Source: Candidatus Saccharimonadota bacterium
GTDB lineage: Bacteria > Patescibacteriota > Saccharimonadia > UBA4664
Length of the DNA stretch: 64,000 nt
Direction: 5' to 3'
Assembly (NCBI GenBank): GCA_019352195.1
Contig: JACAFG010000001.1
Location: forward strand, 130,485-194,484
Shown here: one piece after another, positions 50,683 through 59,528 of the stretch
Position numbering within the stretch: position 1 is the first letter of the stretch
Layout: each line of letters starts with the position of its first letter
Program-made: the position numbers and the translations under genes
Notes under the pieces: generated by a model
The model's input: the letters and a program-made list of their open reading frames with translations, nothing else
Told to the model about the DNA's origin: nothing
Database searches by the model: none

Positions 50683-51381
50683 GTGGCCTCCATGGTCACA
50701 AGGCGTTTCATTCTTGGCGGTACCTTAGTGCCGCAGTCTTGGGCCAACCGTATGTATCGCCCTTTGGCCAAGGCGGTTGGCGGCGCCGACATCATCGCGT
50801 TGCCCGAACTTGGCCTGCACGACATCGAAGCTGTCTGCCGAATAGTTACCAGCCGGCTCCTGTCGGAGCTACAACCGGGTGAAACCGCCGAGCTCTATTG
50901 TCACTCGCTGGGCGGTATTGTTGGTGTAATGGCCGCCGACCAACTGCCCGCGGTAACAAAAGTAGTCTCGCTTGGCTCGTCGCATCACGCGCTAGCAGCA
51001 ATCACACCTCTCGTCTGGCTGCAGGCGGCCGACGGGGTAGCGTCATGGCTACCCGAAATGTTTCGCCCGCTCGTTGACTTGATGGCGCCGGTTGCATGGT
51101 GTCAGCTCAAAAAAGGCAGCGCCTTCATGCAGGGCTACGCGCAAATCCTTCAACGGGTAATCGACAGCAATCGGGTGATTTCGGTAGCCAGTCATGGCGA
51201 TCAAGTGGTACCACTGCGATCGTCCCTGCTGGAGCGGGCTCCCAATGTCGTTCTGATGCCAGCGAGTCGAGCATTGCCGTTGGTAGCTGGCGGTTACAAC
51301 ATCCAAGTGGTCGAGTCATGTCGTGGCCGCTTGCAACGTGTAATCGCCCGCGAATCTGATAGGTTTGCGGGCGATTGTTGA
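50683..51381 (+). CDS. Alpha/beta hydrolase-like protein
   Basis: HSLGG nucleophile elbow and DQVVP. Confidence 0.65.
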   Translation: MASMVTRRFILGGTLVPQSWANRMYRPLAKAVGGADIIALPELGLHDIEAVCRIVTSRLLSELQPGETAELYCHSLGGIVGVMAADQLPAVTKVVSLGSSHHALAAITPLVWLQAADGVASWLPEMFRPLVDLMAPVAWCQLKKGSAFMQGYAQILQRVIDSNRVISVASHGDQVVPLRSSLLERAPNVVLMPASRALPLVAGGYNIQVVESCRGRLQRVIARESDRFAGDC

Positions 51382-51525
51382 ATTCTAACTTCGGAGACGG
51401 CGAGCCTCACCCTCCGAGCCCCATCCACTACAAGAAGTTGGAGTGTGCGCCCCGCCGAGTTCTAATGCTTATCTCTTACCGTCGAAATTTGCTACAATAA
51501 CGCTAATGGTGATGGCAAGTTTGGT

Positions 51526-54009
51526 ATGTATCTAAAACGAATTACAATTGTGGGCTTTAAGTCGTTTGCCAACAAGACCGTGCTCGATCTCGAGCCGGGA
51601 ATGACGGCTGTGGTTGGGCCAAATGGTTCCGGCAAAAGCAACGTTGCCGACGCTATTCGCTGGGCCCTGGGCGAGCAATCTAAAAGCCGCTTGCGTCTTG
51701 GTGACCGCGAAGAAGTTGTCTTTGCGGGCTCCGACAAGCGTGCTCGTGCCAGCTTGGCCGAAGTTGTATTGGTGTTTAATAACGACGCCGGTACTTTTCC
51801 GCTTGACGTCACCGAAGTCGAAATCAGCCGTCGCCTCTACCGGTCCGGCGAGACGGAATACCGCTTGGCCGGCCGACCAGTGAAACTTGGTGATTTGCAG
51901 CAACTTTTGGCCGAGGCTGGCTTTGGAGTTGGATCCTACGCCGTAATTGGGCAGGGGACAATCGACAGTTTGCTACTCTCGAGCCCCGCCGAGCGCAAGC
52001 TGCTGTTTGATGAAGCGGCTGGCATCCGCGGTCCCGAGCTCTCGCGTGAGGCATCCCTGCGCAAATTGGCGGCTACTGAGGCCAATTTGGTGCGTCTGCG
52101 CGATATTGCGGCTGAGTTATCACCGCGCTTGGCTGTCATCGAACGCTCTAAAGAGGCTCACTTAGAGCAAGAACGTTTGAGCGGGCGCATTGCAGACTTA
52201 AAACTAAGTATTATTGCTACGGCAAACCATGAACTAGCACTCAGGCGGCGCCAACAAACTGCCGACACGACTCACCTCGAACGCGCTAGCCACCAGCTTA
52301 GACACCAACTCACCGCAGCTCAGCACGCCCAGGCAAGCCAGCTCAATGCCGCTAGGCATGTTGAGGCTACAATTGCGGTTGCCCGTAAGGCCATTTCGGA
52401 GTTGGAGACCCGGCGCGACGGGGCTGCTCAAACGCTGGGTTCGGCGCAGGCACTCCTGGCGCAGACACTCCTTGAAGCGAGTAGCAGTGATGATCTCAAG
52501 CAGCGGTCCAGGCGTCTTACTGCCGAACTAACAGAGCTCGAATCGGCGATGCGCGATATTCGCGACGAGCTGGCGGCTAACCACCTATCGGCCAAGCGTG
52601 CTACCGCGGCTATTGAAGCGGCGGCCGTTCTGGTGGCCACGGCCCAATCTGAGCTGGTCGAAGTGCGCCAACAGTTAAGCGACGGCACTCGTTCGGCCTA
52701 TGTAAGTCATGCCCTGTCACTGGTGAAAGCCATGGCCCGTGAGCTTGAAGCTGAAAGTGTCGATTCTGAAACGATGCGTTTATTGGTATACAAGACGGGA
52801 CGTTTATTAAATCACGCCTCGCGTACGGGCGAATCCGACTTAGCGAGCCGGCTCAAAGGCGCGCAGTCCAAGCTTGAAAGCACTATGGCAAAGCGTGATA
52901 CCGCTACCGAACATCAGACTAACATTACCCTGTCGCGCCGCTCACTCGAGCTCGAAGAAATAGGGCTAGGCCGTGAGGCCGTGCATGCGGCGGCTGAGCT
53001 TGAAACCGTCACCCGCCAGCTAGTCGCGGCCCAGGACCACCATACGGCGACCGAGGAGCGGCGTCAGGCGGTGACAGTGGCCGAGGCCGACCTAGTGCAC
53101 CTTACCAGCGAACTGGTAGCGGCACGTCAATCACATATTGATGCGGCCGCGACCCCAGCGGCTGACATTGCTGACGCGGCGGCTCGTCTCGAGCGACTGC
53201 GGGCAGAGGCCTCGACAGCCGATCGGGCGCTCGCAAGCACACGCAGTCTTGAGGCCGACCTGACCGCTCGCCAGCATCACTATGACCAGCTGGCGCGCAG
53301 ATGGGGGATTGCCACGGCTAAGGGGAATGCCGGCGCGCAGCCGCTAGCTAGTCAAGAAGAAACGCTGGGACGCCTCGAAGGCGAACTGGCTGCTCGTATC
53401 CAGCTTGGCCATGACCTCAAGGTCGAATATGACGACGTTACCACACGCCAATTTGAGCTCACCACCCAAATTGCCGATCTCGAAGCCGCCAAAGCTGATC
53501 TCGAGGCCATGGTTATCAAACTTGCCGGCGTTATTGGAGATCGCTTCCGCGCTAATTTTGAACGTCTCGACGCCGAATTTGGACGGCAAGCCGCCCGCTT
53601 ATTTGACGGCGGATCGGCCGGCCTGTCGCTCGTCGAAGATGATACTGGTGAATATGGTATTCAGATAAAGCTCAGTCCCAAAGGCAAGCGTCTCGGTAGT
53701 TTGGCCGCGCTGTCAGGCGGCGAGCGCGCCATGGCCGGCGTAGCCTTGCTGGCGGCCATTTTGGTGGTTAATCCCAGCCCATTTGTGGTTCTTGATGAAA
53801 TCGACGCCGCGTTAGATGACGCCAACTCAGGGCGCCTCGCCGATATTATGGAGGAACTGGCTACCAAATCGCAGCTCATTGTCATTACCCACAATCGCCA
53901 AACGATGAAAGCGGCACGCGTATTATTTGGCGTTACTATGAACGAACACCACGTTTCGTATTTGTTGTCGCTTCATCTCGAGCAGGCCACACAGCTGGCT
54001 GCTCGTTGA
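51526..54009 (+). CDS. smc: SMC family ATPase (short)
   Basis: GFKSFA, GPNGSGKSN, LSGGE and LDEIDAALD. Confidence 0.9.
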   Translation: MYLKRITIVGFKSFANKTVLDLEPGMTAVVGPNGSGKSNVADAIRWALGEQSKSRLRLGDREEVVFAGSDKRARASLAEVVLVFNNDAGTFPLDVTEVEISRRLYRSGETEYRLAGRPVKLGDLQQLLAEAGFGVGSYAVIGQGTIDSLLLSSPAERKLLFDEAAGIRGPELSREASLRKLAATEANLVRLRDIAAELSPRLAVIERSKEAHLEQERLSGRIADLKLSIIATANHELALRRRQQTADTTHLERASHQLRHQLTAAQHAQASQLNAARHVEATIAVARKAISELETRRDGAAQTLGSAQALLAQTLLEASSSDDLKQRSRRLTAELTELESAMRDIRDELAANHLSAKRATAAIEAAAVLVATAQSELVEVRQQLSDGTRSAYVSHALSLVKAMARELEAESVDSETMRLLVYKTGRLLNHASRTGESDLASRLKGAQSKLESTMAKRDTATEHQTNITLSRRSLELEEIGLGREAVHAAAELETVTRQLVAAQDHHTATEERRQAVTVAEADLVHLTSELVAARQSHIDAAATPAADIADAAARLERLRAEASTADRALASTRSLEADLTARQHHYDQLARRWGIATAKGNAGAQPLASQEETLGRLEGELAARIQLGHDLKVEYDDVTTRQFELTTQIADLEAAKADLEAMVIKLAGVIGDRFRANFERLDAEFGRQAARLFDGGSAGLSLVEDDTGEYGIQIKLSPKGKRLGSLAALSGGERAMAGVALLAAILVVNPSPFVVLDEIDAALDDANSGRLADIMEELATKSQLIVITHNRQTMKAARVLFGVTMNEHHVSYLLSLHLEQATQLAAR

Positions 54010-54123
54010 GACTAGGACAGCGGCCATAATCGCGTCAGGCCCTCCAGATAACGCCAATTCAAGGCAACAACAATAGCCGGCTAAGATGGTCGTACCACGG
54101 CGCCCAACCCGGTAGCTTTCGTT

Positions 54124-55006
54124 GGTTCTCTAAACTAAAACGGAACAAGCCCTACAATTAAGTTACGTGAATAACTTTAACTAAGGAGACTTGTTCCAAT
54201 GTATAGCTTACTGAATCTTTCTGGCGACAGCCAGGGTTGCCTGGATCTGGTTATTGCCAACGTTTATCCTGATGGACTGGTTTGCCCGTGGCTGCTACAT
54301 TCTTCGGTATTGGTCCGCGAAAAGTACCTGTGGTGCTCGTCATGCCGCCGTAAATGGTCCTTAAAACGTCAGTTTGGCTTTGGGTTCTCCAAGCTATCGT
54401 GGCGCCAGATCTTGGCTCTTATCATCTGTTGGCAGGGTAAGCATGCACCGGGCGACATTCAGATCGCCACCGGCTTGTCATATCCCACCTTGCAGCGCTG
54501 GTTGGAACGTCTACGCCGGAAGCTGCCGGATGGCAAAGCCGCTGCCCTAGCCGGAGAACTAGAAATCGATGATAGCTTCCTGGGCCACCAGAAACATGGT
54601 AACCAGGCGATTGTTAGTGGTGTGTTGGAACGGCAAACGGGAGCTATACGTCTCGCCGTCATACCGGATGTGGCCCAAGACAGTATCGAAGGCTTTCTTG
54701 ACCGGTACGCCGAAGTTGGGAGCTTAATCTACGCCGATGCCCATGCTTCACATGTCGGACTGGAAGACGTCGGCTATGGCTTAGTTCTCTGCAACCATGA
54801 CCGCGGCCACTTTGGGCCAACCAACCGGATTGAGAATGTTTGGAGCTGTTTGGACCGGTTTGTGATCCGGACCCGTGACCGGTTCTTGAAGCGCTTCTTA
54901 CCGGGTGTCCTACAAGAGTTTCAGGCCAGACGTAATCACCCGGAACTGTTTCGAGATCCCTTTACCTTACTTAAAGTATGGCTGTTCCGGTTTAGTGGAC
55001 AGAACC
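54124..55006 (+). mobile_element. IS1595-family insertion sequence (883 bp)
   Basis: Imperfect TIRs 54124-54151 and 54980-55006; 8-bp TSD CTTTCGTT at 54116-54123 and 55007-55014. Confidence 0.9.
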
Positions 55007-55023
55007 CTTTCGTTAACTGTTGA
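54199..55023 (+). CDS. IS1595/ISXO2-like DDE transposase
   Basis: N-terminal Zn finger (CP..CSSC), EIDDS, IYAD and NRIENVWS. Confidence 0.9.
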   Translation: MYSLLNLSGDSQGCLDLVIANVYPDGLVCPWLLHSSVLVREKYLWCSSCRRKWSLKRQFGFGFSKLSWRQILALIICWQGKHAPGDIQIATGLSYPTLQRWLERLRRKLPDGKAAALAGELEIDDSFLGHQKHGNQAIVSGVLERQTGAIRLAVIPDVAQDSIEGFLDRYAEVGSLIYADAHASHVGLEDVGYGLVLCNHDRGHFGPTNRIENVWSCLDRFVIRTRDRFLKRFLPGVLQEFQARRNHPELFRDPFTLLKVWLFRFSGQNPFVNC

Positions 55024-55085
55024 CTCGCAAGCTTTTTTTAGGTAGACTTTATTCCGTTGTAATTAACTTTAACCAGGTAACTATC

Positions 55086-55604
55086 TTGCTCGTCATTCGC
55101 CTCGCTCGCACCGGCCGAAATAAGTACCCCACCTACCGCATCGTGGCGGCTGAAGCAGCGCGCGCAGCTACTGGTCAGTTTATTGCTGTGCTTGGTAACT
55201 ACAATCCTCATACCAAGGAACTCACTCTCAAGACGGATGAAATTAAGAAGCACCTCAGCAACGGGGCTCAGCCATCCAATACGGTGGTTAAGCTTTTGCA
55301 GCGCGAAAACGTTGAACTGCCGAGCTGGGTCAAGCTAAAAACTAAGGCGCCCAAAGTTACTGATGCACCCGCCGAGGAGGCAGTACCCGAAGCCGTCGCC
55401 GAAGCGGCCGCTCCCGTAGAAGCGCCTGCGGCCGAAGAAGTCCGCGTTGGTGAAGTGGCCGAAAGCGCTGCTACTGACACCGAAGACGCCGCTCCGAACA
55501 TCGGTACCACTGAAACTGCTGCGAGCGAAGAAGCAGCTGCGACTGACGCCGAAGCCGCCCAAGCTGCCGCCGCCGACGCTGCCAAAACTCCCAAAGCTGA
55601 GTAA
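55086..55604 (+). CDS. rpsP: 30S ribosomal protein S16 with Ala/Glu-rich extension
   Basis: LVIRLARTG..P.YRIV, LGNYNP and NGAQPS; TTG start. Confidence 0.93.
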   Translation: MLVIRLARTGRNKYPTYRIVAAEAARAATGQFIAVLGNYNPHTKELTLKTDEIKKHLSNGAQPSNTVVKLLQRENVELPSWVKLKTKAPKVTDAPAEEAVPEAVAEAAAPVEAPAAEEVRVGEVAESAATDTEDAAPNIGTTETAASEEAAATDAEAAQAAAADAAKTPKAE

Positions 55605-55695
55605 TTAAGCCTTACCTCAGTCGCCAGCGATCCTTCGGGATCGTTTTTTGGCTCATAAATGGTATGATAAATGCAACAAGCCTAAGGAGCGAGGA

Positions 55696-56061
55696 ATGGT
55701 GCCCGAACTAGATAGAGAATTTGTCGAGTACGTTGTAAAGGCTCTCGTAGCTCATCCTGAAGATGTCAGCGTTAAGCGATCAGTCGACGAAATGGGTGTT
55801 TTGCTCGAATTATCAGTCAATCCTGAAGATATGGGCAAGGTCATTGGCAAAGCAGGCGCCACCGCCAAGAGCATTCGTACTTTACTGCGCGTACTGGGTT
55901 CACGCAGTGACGAACGCGTCAATCTTAAGATCATCGAGCCTGATACCGCTAGCGACACTCCCGCGGCTATCGCTGAGTCACCGACCGAGGCGACCAAAGA
56001 GTCAGAGTTGGTTACCCGCGCTAAACAAGAGTTTGCTGATCTCGATGACCTCGACCTTTAG
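55696..56061 (+). CDS. khpA: KH-domain RNA-binding protein
   Basis: DMGKVIGKAG; follows rpsP. Confidence 0.88.
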   Translation: MVPELDREFVEYVVKALVAHPEDVSVKRSVDEMGVLLELSVNPEDMGKVIGKAGATAKSIRTLLRVLGSRSDERVNLKIIEPDTASDTPAAIAESPTEATKESELVTRAKQEFADLDDLDL

Positions 56062-56258
56062 AGCTCCCAGCCGCGTTGCCACCTGCGTTACTGCCCCAAC
56101 CTATTTGTAGGTAAGTGTCCGTCCTGTGCTCAATGTCTCCTGTCCTCTGATGACTTTCCAGCCCGACGTAGGCTAAGGGAAGCGTTTTTACAGGCCAGGC
56201 GATGCCGGAGGACGATTTTAGGTAAGCATATGACCCAAGACTGCTAACAGGATAAATT

Positions 56259-56936
56259 ATGGCCTTAACGATCGATATTATTACGCTTTTTCCGGACATG
56301 TTTAAGGGTCCGTTTGATATGAGCATGCTGTGGAAAGCCCAAGACAAGGGCCTGGTCAGTATTGGTATTCACGATTTGCGCCTGCACGGGCTGGGGGCCC
56401 GCCGCACCGTGGACGACACGCCCTACGGCGGCGGCGATGGCATGGTGTTGCGCTGCGAGCCAGTAGTTGCTGCCATCGAAGCGATCCGCCGGTCAGAAGG
56501 AGCGACCAAGGTTATCCTCATGACTCCCGCAGGTAAGCTGTTCAAACAAGCTGTGGCGGCGGATTTTGCCGCCCTCGATCAGCTCATCATTTTATGCGGA
56601 CACTACGAAGGTTTCGACGAACGAATCTTAGCGTATGTTGATCTCGAAGTTTCAGTAGGCGACTTCGTGCTAACCGGCGGGGAATTGCCGGCGATGCTTA
56701 TTACCGACGCCGTAGCACGCCTTATTCCTGGTGTCTTGGGCGGCGAAATGAGCGCGCATGATGAGTCATTCTCTGATCCTCATTTAGTTGAATATCCGCA
56801 TTACACCAGGCCGGTTGAGTTTCGCGGCCAAAGCGTACCCGAAGTTCTCCAAAATGGCCATCACAGCGAAATCGCCAAGTGGCGTTTAGATCAGTCGAAA
56901 GCTAAAACCGCGCGTAATCGTCCAGATCTTATCTAA
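56259..56936 (+). CDS. trmD: tRNA (guanine-N1)-methyltransferase
   Basis: DDTPYGGG, CGHYEGFDER and GDFVLTGGE. Confidence 0.97.
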   Translation: MALTIDIITLFPDMFKGPFDMSMLWKAQDKGLVSIGIHDLRLHGLGARRTVDDTPYGGGDGMVLRCEPVVAAIEAIRRSEGATKVILMTPAGKLFKQAVAADFAALDQLIILCGHYEGFDERILAYVDLEVSVGDFVLTGGELPAMLITDAVARLIPGVLGGEMSAHDESFSDPHLVEYPHYTRPVEFRGQSVPEVLQNGHHSEIAKWRLDQSKAKTARNRPDLI

Positions 56937-56954
56937 CGGTAGCCCTGCACGGAC

Positions 56955-58073
56955 TTATTGCTCGATGTGATTCCATAGCTGACCGCTAAGCGAGGTAAAC
57001 GCGCTGTTAGCAGCTGCGGGTGTACCCCATGGTCCGCTCAACATCACCACAATGTAATTAGCCTTGGGGCCGTAAACAATACCGGCATCATGGATGTAGC
57101 CGTCCAGCTCGCCGGTCTTGTGGGCAATAACGGTACCGGCCGGTAGCCCACTTGGCAGCTGAGCATTGAGACTCTGGTTTTTCAGTAGGTCGATAAAGGC
57201 CGCGTTCGACGATGGCGAGTTAAGGGTGTTGCCGTAGAGACGACTATAGAGCTTCGCGATATCTTGAGGGCTCGATGTCGGATACGCCCCGGACAAATCG
57301 GTGGCCGTGTAGCCCTCCGCCTTTAGCCCAGCGTTGAGGTCGCCCCAGCCGACAATGTCGCCTAAAGCGTGCCCGCAGGTATTATCCGACACGGTAATCA
57401 TGGCGTTCAGACAGTCAGCAATGTTTTGCCCTGAGCCGCCCCCGGCATCTTGCCCGTAGGTCAGCTGACCAATGTCGATACGGTGATAAATCTCACTGGC
57501 CACAAATAGCTTGTATAAACTGGCCGCTTCCATTGGTGCGGCGCCATTAACACTGGCCGTTTCGCCGGTCGACAAATTAGTGACACTAATGCCGTACATA
57601 CTGCTGCCACCGGCAAAGCTCGTCAGGAGCGCCTGCAGACCGGTGTCTACCGGAGATGGAGCCACAGCCGGCGCCGTGCTCGCGGCGGCTCCAGGAGCAA
57701 TTACGTGTGCTGCCCGCGCAGTGGCCGGTGCCAAGGCCGTCGCGGTAGTATGAACAGCCGAGGCCGCCGTAACCACACCTACAGCCGTGAGCGTTGTCGC
57801 CACCAAGCTAAAGGTGGCAGCTTGACGCAAACGCTGCCAATCGTGCATCGCCGGAGCCACTGCAGGCGCAATATCCGCGAGCTCTGACGTTTGCATCACC
57901 GCTAGCATTTCGCGTGGCGACGGTACGTTGCGGCGAATACCATCGAGGCCAGTGCGGTAGGCTGCCCGAGGTACCATTTCTAATATCGGGGGCGTGCGCC
58001 GTACCGGTTTAACAATCGGCGAGCTTACCAGTCCCGTCCGTCTTACTCCATCCATCACCAGAGTCATGTCCAT
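56955..58073 (-). CDS. Membrane-anchored class A beta-lactamase-like serine hydrolase
   Basis: AASLYK (SxxK), SDN and HKTG motifs. Confidence 0.85.
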   Translation of the reverse strand: MDMTLVMDGVRRTGLVSSPIVKPVRRTPPILEMVPRAAYRTGLDGIRRNVPSPREMLAVMQTSELADIAPAVAPAMHDWQRLRQAATFSLVATTLTAVGVVTAASAVHTTATALAPATARAAHVIAPGAAASTAPAVAPSPVDTGLQALLTSFAGGSSMYGISVTNLSTGETASVNGAAPMEAASLYKLFVASEIYHRIDIGQLTYGQDAGGGSGQNIADCLNAMITVSDNTCGHALGDIVGWGDLNAGLKAEGYTATDLSGAYPTSSPQDIAKLYSRLYGNTLNSPSSNAAFIDLLKNQSLNAQLPSGLPAGTVIAHKTGELDGYIHDAGIVYGPKANYIVVMLSGPWGTPAAANSAFTSLSGQLWNHIEQ

Positions 58074-58178
58074 ATTATAACCCTCATGCTTAACTATCAT
58101 CAAGACGCTCATGCTTAAGTAACGACAATTACGCTTCAATTTAGAGCTATACTAAAGGGTAGTTAAGAGGATTCTAGC

Positions 58179-58622
58179 GTGAAATTACCAAACTTTCTGC
58201 CCGTCACCACTGTTTATGCTCACTGCGATTTGCCCTGCGGCATTTACGACCCCGCCCAAGCCCGCATTGAAGCCGCCTCGGTGTATGCCATCACCAAAAA
58301 ATATCTTGAAAATGAGGCGCCCGATTTTCGGACGCGCGCTCTCATCGTCAAAGAAGAGCGCGCCGAGCTCGTAAAGCACCATTTGTGGGTATTGTGGACC
58401 GATTACTTCAAGCCAGAGCATCTTGAAAAATACCCCCAGTTACACGATCTGGTTTGGAAGGCCACCAAAACAGCCGGCGATACCAAGCACCACACCGAGC
58501 TCGAAGTCGCCAAACAATTATTAGACCAAATTGACACCATCGGCGAAATTTTTGCCGCTACCAAGCCGGGCTACGACTACGCCGCCGTTATCAAAAACAC
58601 CAACTTGCAGGCTGGCCTTTAG
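58179..58622 (+). CDS. sodN: Nickel superoxide dismutase precursor
   Basis: Leader peptide followed by Ni-hook HCDLPCGIYDP. Confidence 0.95.
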   Translation: MKLPNFLPVTTVYAHCDLPCGIYDPAQARIEAASVYAITKKYLENEAPDFRTRALIVKEERAELVKHHLWVLWTDYFKPEHLEKYPQLHDLVWKATKTAGDTKHHTELEVAKQLLDQIDTIGEIFAATKPGYDYAAVIKNTNLQAGL

Positions 58623-58624
58623 AC

Positions 58625-58915
58625 GTGCGCAGCCTTCGGCCGTTGGGGCTATACCGCGTTGCCGGCATGTCCATGGCACCCAGCTACCAGCCTGGTCAGA
58701 TTTTGATCGGCTGGCGCTGGGGCCGCGCACGCGCGGGTCGCGTAGCGGTAATACGTCACGGCCAGCCCATTATTAAGCGCCTCATTCACCGCATCCACAA
58801 CGACTGGTGGGTGGAGGGCGACAATAAAGCTGTCTCCACCGACAGCCGGCAATTTGGTCCCATTGCAGCCTCCGAGATAGAAGCTGTTATCATTTGGCCC
58901 AAGCCGCAAAGCTAA
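58625..58915 (+). CDS. sodX: NiSOD maturation peptidase (S26)
   Basis: G.SMAP, IIKR and GDN..STDSR.FG; directly after sodN. Confidence 0.88.
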   Translation: MRSLRPLGLYRVAGMSMAPSYQPGQILIGWRWGRARAGRVAVIRHGQPIIKRLIHRIHNDWWVEGDNKAVSTDSRQFGPIAASEIEAVIIWPKPQS

Positions 58916-58945
58916 GCTAAGGCAAATAATGCTACACTTGTCTCT

Positions 58946-59398
58946 ATGACTATCACTCGTATTATTAAGGGCACCTACCGCGAGCTAATCTATCATCAGC
59001 GACGCGAAGTCACGTTTTGGATCTTGGTCACATTTTTGCCAACCTTTGGCATCGCTAGATTTGTCGTTCACACAGATCCGACGCTCTATTTCAATTATCA
59101 CGGTACACACGTTCACCACTTCACCTACGGCATCGTCTTGTTGACGATCGCAGGTTATGCCGGTCTCGTGGTGCCTCAGCGCACCAAGCCGTATGTGGCT
59201 GCGCTCTACGGCATTGGTCTTGCCCTGGCGTTTGACGAATTTGTCATCTGGCTACACCTCAACGCCACCTACAATTCCGATGGCTCCACTGACGCCGTGG
59301 TACTGATAACAATCTTTTTGGTAGGCGTTGTCTACTTCCAAGATGTTGCCAGAGCCATAATCCGCCGGCTCTGGCGCGGTACCAAGCTTGAAAAATAG
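58946..59398 (+). CDS. Membrane protein
   Basis: HVHHFTYG and GLALAFDEF; 4 TMs. Confidence 0.75.
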   Translation: MTITRIIKGTYRELIYHQRREVTFWILVTFLPTFGIARFVVHTDPTLYFNYHGTHVHHFTYGIVLLTIAGYAGLVVPQRTKPYVAALYGIGLALAFDEFVIWLHLNATYNSDGSTDAVVLITIFLVGVVYFQDVARAIIRRLWRGTKLEK

Positions 59399-59453
59399 CC
59401 TCAAAACGGCTAATATTTACAAGTTCGACTCTAGGTGAGCCGACTACAACTAT

Positions 59454-59528
59454 TGGGATGTGGCCAAGCGGTAAGGCGTCTGATTCTGGCTCAGAAGATC
59501 GTAGGTTCGAATCCTACCATCCCAGCCA
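59454..59528 (+). tRNA. tRNA-Gln (CTG)
   Basis: Cloverleaf, anticodon loop TTCTGGC, GTTCGAATC, CCA. Confidence 0.96.

Noticed and set aside
56062-56258. Possible ncRNA between khpA and trmD (taggtaag repeated, cgtcc/ggacg pairing)
   Set aside because: Pairing is weak and no family was recognised; insufficient support.
56955-58073. True beta-lactam resistance gene
   Set aside because: Long N-terminal extension with TM and no clear omega-loop Glu166 motif; more likely a wall-related serine hydrolase.
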